Positions 54,901 to 64,000 of a stretch of 64,000 bases of DNA are shown here, one piece after another; the stretch's first letter is position 1, and every line of letters starts with the position of its first letter. The position numbers and the translations under genes were made by a program. A model generated the notes under the pieces. The model saw nothing but the letters and a program-made list of their open reading frames with translations. It was not told the origin of the DNA and ran no database searches. Source of the DNA: Auanema rhodensis (Eukaryota; Animalia; Nematoda); contig OZ059894.1 in the NCBI GenBank assembly GCA_964057225.1, positions 18,662,001 to 18,726,000 of the forward strand, written 5' to 3'.

Positions 54901-57900
54901 CAGGGTGAAAATCGAGGATATAAGTGTGAACATATATCAGTTGATATCTCGGTGCATTTTTAAGCTAGCGCAAATCTGATAACACAGATCGACGCAGCTT
55001 AAAAATCCGCATCGAATGCACTATACTACATTGAGAAACGCTTAATACAAAAATTAGTTATGATCGTTTGAAAAATGATGCATTAGTGTATGTTGAGTTT
55101 CCATGTACACTCAACATTGCTTCCAAAAACATTTTGACAAAAATTTTTTCGAAAAATTTCAAAATAATTTAGCAAAAAGTAGATGTTTTTAGATTCCTTT
55201 TTTCAAGGCAAAGACGATGGACAATGTTATTCAACGAAAAAAATAATTCTTCAGGGTGAAAATCGAGGATATAAGTGTGAACTTATATCAGTTGATATCT
55301 CGGTGCATTTTTAAGCTAGCGCAAATCTGATAACACAGATCGACGCAGCTTAAAAATCCGCATCGAATGCACTATACTACATTGAGAAACGCTTAATACA
55401 AAAATTAGTTATGATCGTTTGAAAAATGATGCATTAGTGTATGTTGAGTTTCCATGTACACTCAACATTGCTTCCAAAAACATTTTGACAAAAATTTTTT
55501 CGAAAAATTTCAAAATAATTTAGCGAAAAGTAGATGTTTTTAGATTCCTTTTTTCAAGGCAAAGACGATGGACAATGTTATTCAACGAAAAAATTGATTC
55601 TTCAGGGTGAAAATCGAGGATATAAGTGTGAACTTATATCAGTTGATATCTCGGTGCATTTTTAAGCTAGCGCAAATCTGATAACACAGATCGACGCAGC
55701 TTAAAAATCCGCATCGAATGCACTATACTACATTGAGAAACGCTTAATACAAAAATTAGTTATGATCGTTTGAAAAATGATGCATTAGTGTATGTTGAGT
55801 TTCCATGTACACTCAACATTGCTTCCAAAAACATTTTGACAAAAATTTTTTCGAAAAATTTCAAAATAATTTAGCAAAAAGTAGATGTTTTTAGATTCCT
55901 TTTTTCAAGGCAAAGACGATGGACAATGTTATTCAACGAAAAAATTAATTCTTCAGGGTGAAAATCGAGGATATAAGTGTGAACTTATATCAGTTGATAT
56001 CTCGGTGCATTTTTAAGCTAGCGCAAATCTGATAACACAGATCGACGCAGCTTAAAAATCCGCATCGAATGCACTATACTACATTGAGAAACGCTTAATA
56101 CAAAAATTAGTTATGATCGTTTGAAAAATGATGCATTAGTGTATGTTGAGTTTCCATGTACACTCAACATTGCTTCCAAAAACATTTTGACAAAAATTTT
56201 TTCGAAAAATTTCAAAATAATTTAGCAAAAAGTAGATGTTTTTAGATTCCTTTTTTCAAGGCAAAGACGATGGACAATGTTATTCAACGAAAAAAATAAT
56301 TCTTCAGGGTGAAAATCGAGGATATAAGTGTGAACATATATCAGTTGATATCTCGGTGCATTTTTAAGCTAGCGCAAATCTGATAACACAGATCGACGCA
56401 GCTTAAAAATCCGCATCGAATGCACTATACTACATTGAGAAACGCTTAATACAAAAATTAGTTATGATCGTTTGAAAAATGATGCATTAGTGTATGTTGA
56501 GTTTCCATGTACACTCAACATTGCTTCCAAAAACATTTTGACAAAAATTTTTTCGAAAAATTTCAAAATAATTTAGCAAAAAGTAGATGTTTTTAGATTC
56601 CTTTTTTTAAGGCAAAGACGATGGACAATGTTATTCAACGAAAAAATTAATTCTTCAGGGTGAAAATCGAGGATATAAGTGTGAACTTATATCAGTTGAT
56701 ATCTCGGTGCATTTTTAAGCTAGCGCAAATCTGATAACACAGATCGACGCAGCTTAAAAATCCGCATCGAATGCACTATACTACATTGAGAAACGCTTAA
56801 TACAAAAATTAGTTATGATCGTTTGAAAAATGATGCATTAGTGTATGTTGAGTTTCCATGTACACTCAACATTGCTTCCAAAAACATTTTGACAAAAATT
56901 TTTTCGAAAAATTTCAAAATAATTTAGCAAAAAGTAGATGTTTTTAGATTCCTTTTTTCAAGGCAAAGACGATGGACAATGTTATTCAACGAAAAAAATA
57001 ATTCTTCAGGGTGAAAATCGAGGATATAAGTGTGAACATATATCAGTTGATATCTCGGTGCATTTTTAAGCTAGCGCAAATCTGATAACACAGATCGACG
57101 CAGCTTAAAAATCCGCATCGAATGCACTATACTACATTGAGAAACGCTTAATACAAAAATTAGTTATGATCGTTTGAAAAATGATGCATTAGTGTATGTT
57201 GAGTTTCCATGTACACTCAACATTGCTTCCAAAAACATTTTGACAAAAATTTTTTCGAAAAATTTCAAAATAATTTAGCAAAAAGTAGATGTTTTTAGAT
57301 TCCTTTTTTCAAGGCAAAGACGATGGACAATGTTATTCAACGAAAAAAATAATTCTTCAGGGTGAAAATCGAGGATATAAGTGTGAACATATATCAGTTG
57401 ATATCTCGGTGCATTTTTAAGCTAGCGCAAATCTGATAACACAGATCGACGCAGCTTAAAAATCCGCATCGAATGCACTATACTACATTGAGAAACGCTT
57501 AATACAAAAATTAGTTATGATCGTTTGAAAAATGATGCATTAGTGTATGTTGAGTTTCCATGTACACTCAACATTGCTTCCAAAAACATTTTGACAAAAA
57601 TTTTTTCGAAAAATTTCAAAATAATTTAGCAAAAAGTAGATGTTTTTAGATTCCTTTTTTCAAGGCAAAGACGATGGACAATGTTATTCAACGAAAAAAA
57701 TAATTCTTCAGGGTGAAAATCGAGGATATAAGTGTGAACTTATATCAGTTGATATCTCGGTGCATTTTTAAGCTAGCGCAAATCTGATAACACAGATCGA
57801 CGCAGCTTAAAAATCCGCATCGAATGCACTATACTACATTGAGAAACGCTTAATACAAAAATTAGTTATGATCGTTTGAAAAATGATGCATTAGTGTATG

Positions 57901-60900
57901 TTGAGTTTCCATGTACACTCAACATTGCTTCCAAAAACATTTTGACAAAAATTTTTTCGAAAAATTTCAAAATAATTTAGCAAAAAGTAGATGTTTTTAG
58001 ATTTCTTTTTTCAAGGCAAAGACGATGGACAATGTTATTCAACGAAAAAATTAATTCTTCAGGGTGAAAATCGAGGATATAAGTGTGAACTTATATCAGT
58101 TGATATCTCGGTGCATTTTTAAGCTAGCGCAAATCTGATAACACAGATCGACGCAGCTTAAAAATCCGCATCGAATGCACTATACTACATTGAGAAACGC
58201 TTAATACAAAAATTAGTTATGATCGTTTGAAAAATGATGCATTAGTGTATGTTGAGTTTCCATGTACACTCAACATTGCTTCCAAAAACATTTTGACAAA
58301 AATTTTTTCGAAAAATTTCAAAATAATTTAGCAAAAAGTAGATGTTTTTAGATTCCTTTTTTCAAGGCAAAGACGATGGACAATGTTATTCAACGAAAAA
58401 AATAATTCTTCAGGGTGAAAATCGAGGATATAAGTGTGAACTGATATCAGTTGATATCTCGGTGCATTTTTAAGCTAGCGCAAATCTGATAACACAGATC
58501 GACGCAGCTTAAAAATCCGCATCGAATGAACTATACTACATTGAGAAACGCTTAATACAAAAATTAGTTATGATCGTTTGAAAAATGATGCATTAGTGTA
58601 TGTTGAGTTTCCATGTACACTCAACATTGCTTCCAAAAACATTTTGACAAAAATTTTTTCAAAAAATTTCAAAATAATTTAGCAAAAAGTAGATGTTTTT
58701 AGATTCCTTTTTTCAAGGCAAAGACGATGGACAATGTTATTCAACGAAAAAATTAATTCTTCAGGGTGAAAATCGAGGATATAAGTGTGAACTTATATCA
58801 GTTGATATCTTGGTGCATTTTTAAGCTAGCGCAAATCTGATAACACAGATCGACGCAGCTTAAAAATCAGCATCGAATGCACTATACTACATTGAAAAAC
58901 GCTTAATACAAAAATTAGTTATGATCGTTTGAAAAATGATGCATTAGTGTATGTTGAGTTTCCATGTACACTCAACATTGCTTCCAAAAACATTTTGACA
59001 AAAATTTTTTCGAAAAATTTCGAAATAATTTAGCAAAAAGTAGATGTTTTTAGATTCCTTTTTTCAAGGCAAAGACGATGGACAATGTTATTCAACGAAA
59101 AAAATAATTCTTCAGGGTGAAAATCGAGGATATAAGTGTGAACTTATATCAGTTGATATCTCGGTGCATTTTTAAGCTAGCGCAAATCTGATAACACAGA
59201 TCGACGCAGCTTAAAAATCCGCATCGAATGCACTATACTACATTGAGAAACGCTTAATACAAAAATTAGTTATGATCGTTTGAAAAATGATGCATTAGTG
59301 TATGTTGAGTTTCCATGTACACTCAACATTGCTTCCAAAAACATTTTGACAAAAATTTTTTCAAAAAATTTCAAAATAATTTAGCAAAAAGTAGATGTTT
59401 TTAGATTCCTTTTTTCAAGGCAAAGACGATGGACAATGTTATTCAACGAAAAAATTAATTCTTCAGGGTGAAAATCGAGGATATAAGTGTGAACTTATAT
59501 CAGTTGATATCTCGGTGCATTTTTAAGCTAGCGCAAATCTGATAACACAGATCGACGCAGCTTAAAAATCCGCATCGAATGCACTATACTACATTGAGAA
59601 ACGCTTAATACAAAAATTAGTTATGATCGTTTGAAAAATGATGCATTAGTGTATGTTGAGTTTCCATGTACACTCAACATTGCTTCCAAAAACATTTTGA
59701 CAAAAATTTTTTCGAAAAATTTCAAAATAATTTAGCAAAAAGTAGATGTTTTTAGATTCCTTTTTTCAAGGCAAAGACGATGGACAATGTTATTCAACGA
59801 AAAAATTAATTCTTCAGGGTGAAAATCGAGGATATAAGTGTGAACTTATATCAGTTGATATCTTGGTGCATTTTTAAGCTAGCGCAAATCTGATAACACA
59901 GATCGACGCAGCTTAAAAATCCGCATCGAATGCACTATACTACATTGAAAAACGCTTAATACAAAAATTAGTTATGATCGTTTGAAAAATGATGCATTAG
60001 TGTATGTTGAGTTTCCATGTACACTCAACATTGCTTCCAAAAACATTTTGACAAAAATTTTTTCGAAAAATTTCAAAATAATTTAGCAAAAAGTAGATGT
60101 TTTTAGATTCCTTTTTTCAAGGCAAAGACGATGGACAATGTTATTCAACGAAAAAAATAATTCTTCAGGGTGAAAATTGAGGATATAAGTGTGAACTTAT
60201 ATCAGTTGATATCTCGGTGCATTTTTAAGCTAGCGCAAATCTGATAACACAGATCGACGCAGCTTAAAAATCCGCATCGAATGCACTATACTACATTGAG
60301 AAACGCTTAATACAAAAATTAGTTATGATCGTTTGAAAAATGATGCATTAGTGTATGTTGAGTTTCCATGTACACTCAACATTGCTTCCAAAAACATTTT
60401 GACAAAAATTTTTTCGAAAAATTTCAAAATAATTTAGCAAAAAGTAGATGTTTTTAGATTCCTTTTTTCAAGGCAAAGACGATGGACAATGTTATTCAAC
60501 GAAAAAATTAATTCTTCAGGGTGAAAATCGAGGATATAAGTGTGAACTTATATCAGTTGATATCTCGGTGCATTTTTAAGCTAGCGCAAATCTGATAACA
60601 CAGATCGACGCAGCTTAAAAATCCGCATCGAATGCACTATACTACATTGAGAAACGCTTAATACAAAAATTAGTTATGATCGTTTGAAAAATGATGCATT
60701 AGTGTATGTTGAGTTTCCATGTACACTCAACATTGCTTCCAAAAACATTTTGACAAAAATTTTTTCGAAAAATTTCAAAATAATTTAGCAAAAAGTAGAT
60801 GTTTTTAGATTCCTTTTTTCAAGGCAAAGACGATGGACAATGTTATTCAACGAAAAAAATAATTCTTCAGGGTGAAAATCGAGGATATAAGTGTGAACAT

Positions 60901-63900
60901 ATATCAGTTGATATCTCGGTGCATTTTTAAGCTAGCGCAAATCTGATAACACAGATCGACGCAGCTTAAAAATCCGCATCGAATGCACTATACTACATTG
61001 AGAAACGCTTAATACAAAAATTAGTTATGATCGTTTGAAAAATGATGCATTAGTGTATGTTGAGTTTCCATGTACACTCAACATTGCTTCCAAAAACATT
61101 TTGACAAAAATTTTTTCGAAAAATTTCAAAATAATTTAGCAAAAAGTAGATGTTTTTAGATTCCTTTTTTCAAGGCAAAGACGATGGACAATGTTATTCA
61201 ACGAAAAAAATAATTCTTCAGGGTGAAAATCGAGGATATAAGTGTGAACTTATATCAGTTGATATCTCGGTGCATTTTTAAGCTAGCGCAAATCTGATAA
61301 CACAGATCGACGCAGCTTAAAAATCCGCATCGAATGCACTATACTACATTGAGAAACGCTTAATACAAAAATTAGTTATGATCGTTTGAAAAATGATGCA
61401 TTAGTGTATGTTGAGTTTCCATGTACACTCAACATTGCTTCCAAAAACATTTTGACAAAAATTTTTTCGAAAAATTTCAAAATAATTTAGCAAAAAGTAG
61501 ATGTTTTTAGATTCCTTTTTTCAAGGCAAAGACGATGGACAATGTTATTCAACGAAAAAAATAATTCTTCAGGGTGAAAATCGAGGATATAAGTGTGAAC
61601 TTATATCAGTTGATATCTCGGTGCATTTTTAAGCTAGCGCAAATCTGATAACACAGATCGACGCAGCTTAAAAATCCGCATCGAATGCACTATACTACAT
61701 TGAGAAACGCTTAATACAAAAATTAGTTATGATCGTTTGAAAAATGATGCATTAGTGTATGTTGAGTTTCCATGTACACTCAACATTGCTTCCAAAAACA
61801 TTTTGACAAAAATTTTTTCGAAAAATTTCAAAATAATTTAGCAAAAAGTAGATGTTTTTAGATTTCTTTTTTCAAGGCAAAGACGATGGACAATGTTATT
61901 CAACGAAAAAATTAATTCTTCAGGGTGAAAATCGAGGATATAAGTGTGAACTTATATCAGTTGATATCTCGGTGCATTTTTAAGCTAGCGCAAATCTGAT
62001 AACACAGATCGACGCAGCTTAAAAATCCGCATCGAATGCACTATACTACATTGAGAAACGCTTAATACAAAAATTAGTTATGATCGTTTGAAAAATGATG
62101 CATTAGTGTATGTTGAGTTTCCATGTACACTCAACATTGCTTCCAAAAACATTTTGACAAAAATTTTTTCGAAAAATTTCAAAATAATTTAGCAAAAAGT
62201 AGATGTTTTTAGATTCCTTTTTTCAAGGCAAAGACGATGGACAATGTTATTCAACGAAAAAAATAATTCTTCAGGGTGAAAATCGAGGATATAAGTGTGA
62301 ACTGATATCAGTTGATATCTCGGTGCATTTTTAAGCTAGCGCAAATCTGATAACACAGATCGACGCAGCTTAAAAATCCGCATCGAATGAACTATACTAC
62401 ATTGAGAAACGCTTAATACAAAAATTAGTTATGATCGTTTGAAAAATGATGCATTAGTGTATGTTGAGTTTCCATGTACACTCAACATTGCTTCCAAAAA
62501 CATTTTGACAAAAATTTTTTCAAAAAATTTCAAAATAATTTAGCAAAAAGTAGATGTTTTTAGATTCCTTTTTTCAAGGCAAAGACGATGGACAATGTTA
62601 TTCAACGAAAAAATTAATTCTTCAGTTTGAAAATCGAGGATATAAGTGTGAACTTATATCAGTTGATATCTCGGTGCATTTTTAAGCTAGCGCAAATCTG
62701 ATAACACAGATCGACGCAGCTTAAAAATCCGCATCGAATGCACTATACTACATTGAGAAACGCTTAATACAAAAATTAGTTATGATCGTTTGAAAAATGA
62801 TGCATTAGTGTATGTTGAGTTTCCATGTACACTCAACATTGCTTCCAAAAACATTTTGACAAAAATTTTTTCGAAAAATTTCAAAATAATTTAGCAAAAA
62901 GTAGATGTTTTTAGATTCCTTTTTTCAAGGCAAAGACGATGGACAATGTTATTCAACGAAAAAATTAATTCTTCAGGGTGAAAATCGAGGATATAAGTGT
63001 GAACTTATATCAGTTGATATCTTGGTGCATTTTTAAGCTAGCGCAAATCTGATAACACAGATCGACGCAGCTTAAAAATCCGCATCGAATGCACTATACT
63101 ACATTGAAAAACGCTTAATACAAAAATTAGTTATGATCGTTTGAAAAATGATGCATTAGTGTATGTTGAGTTTCCATGTACACTCAACATTGCTTCCAAA
63201 AACATTTTGACAAAAATTTTTTCAAAAAATTTCAAAATAATTTAGCAAAAAGTAGATGTTTTTAGATTCCTTTTTTCAAGGCAAAGACGATGGACAATGT
63301 TATTCAACGAAAAAATTAATTCTTCAGGGTGAAAATCGAGGATATAAGTGTGAACTTATATCAGTTGATATCTCGGTGCATTTTTAAGCTAGCGCAAATC
63401 TGATAACACAGATCGACGCAGCTTAAAAATCCGCATCGAATGCACTATACTACATTGAGAAACGCTTAATACAAAAATTAGTTATGATCGTTTGAAAAAT
63501 GATGCATTAGTGTATGTTGAGTTTCCATGTACACTCAACATTGCTTCCAAAAACATTTTGACAAAAATTTTTTCGAAAAATTTCAAAATAATTTAGCAAA
63601 AAGTAGATGTTTTTAGATTCCTTTTTTCAAGGCAAAGACGATGGACAATGTTATTCAACGAAAAAATTAATTCTTCAGGGTGAAAATCGAGGATATAAGT
63701 GTGAACTTATATCAGTTGATATCTTGGTGCATTTTTAAGCTAGCGCAAATCTGATAACACAGATCGACGCAGCTTAAAAATCCGCATCGAATGCACTATA
63801 CTACATTGAAAAACGCTTAATACAAAAATTAGTTATGATCGTTTGAAAAATGATGCATTAGTGTATGTTGAGTTTCCATGTACACTCAACATTGCTTCCA

Positions 63901-64000
63901 AAAACATTTTGACAAAAATTTTTTCGAAAAATTTCAAAATAATTTAGCAAAAAGTAGATGTTTTTAGATTCCTTTTTTCAAGGCAAAGACGATGGACAAT
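51939..64000. repeat. Haplotype domain 4 (M149-183), near-consensus monomers
   Basis: Low-frequency variants G54A, C99T, T146A, A148G, T186A, T187G, C204T, T254C, C273A, G289A, T297C. Confidence 0.8.

Larger units (their letters stand above)
1..64000. repeat. Satellite DNA array: 351-bp monomer, ~182.4 head-to-tail copies, running off both window edges
   Basis: TTTCCATGTACACTCAACAT recurs at 1, 352, 703 ... 3511, 7021, 14041, 35101, 39313 (exact 351 period). After four 2-bp and two 1-bp deletions, copy 183 starts at 63873 (1+182x351-10). No non-repeat sequence or orientation change seen. Confidence 0.99.

Noticed and set aside
1-64000. CRISPR array or repeat-spacer system
   Set aside because: There are no unique spacers, since the entire unit is repeated, and no cas genes.

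Overview
The whole 64 kb window is one uninterrupted head-to-tail tandem array of a 351-bp AT-rich monomer (about 31% GC by hand count). It holds 182 complete copies plus a 128-bp partial copy, all in the same orientation. Copies differ from the consensus by about 0-8 substitutions. Only six small deletions (10 bp in total) shift the register. I found no genes, RNA genes, CRISPR spacers or inserted mobile elements, and all six frames have stops in every monomer. This is most consistent with eukaryotic satellite DNA (centromeric, pericentromeric or other heterochromatin); I cannot name the family or species. Two things are of interest. (1) The monomer is densely built from nested and mutually exclusive dyad symmetries. 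(2) The diagnostic SNPs record the array's history: four haplotype domains, local higher-order duplications of 2-12 monomers, long-range block copies, recombinant monomers, palindrome-perfecting mutations and a nearly invariant ~96-bp box. I found no support for a new protein-coding system. All variant calls were made by eye. 'm' positions are within the monomer, numbered from TTTCCATG; 'M' numbers are monomer indices.
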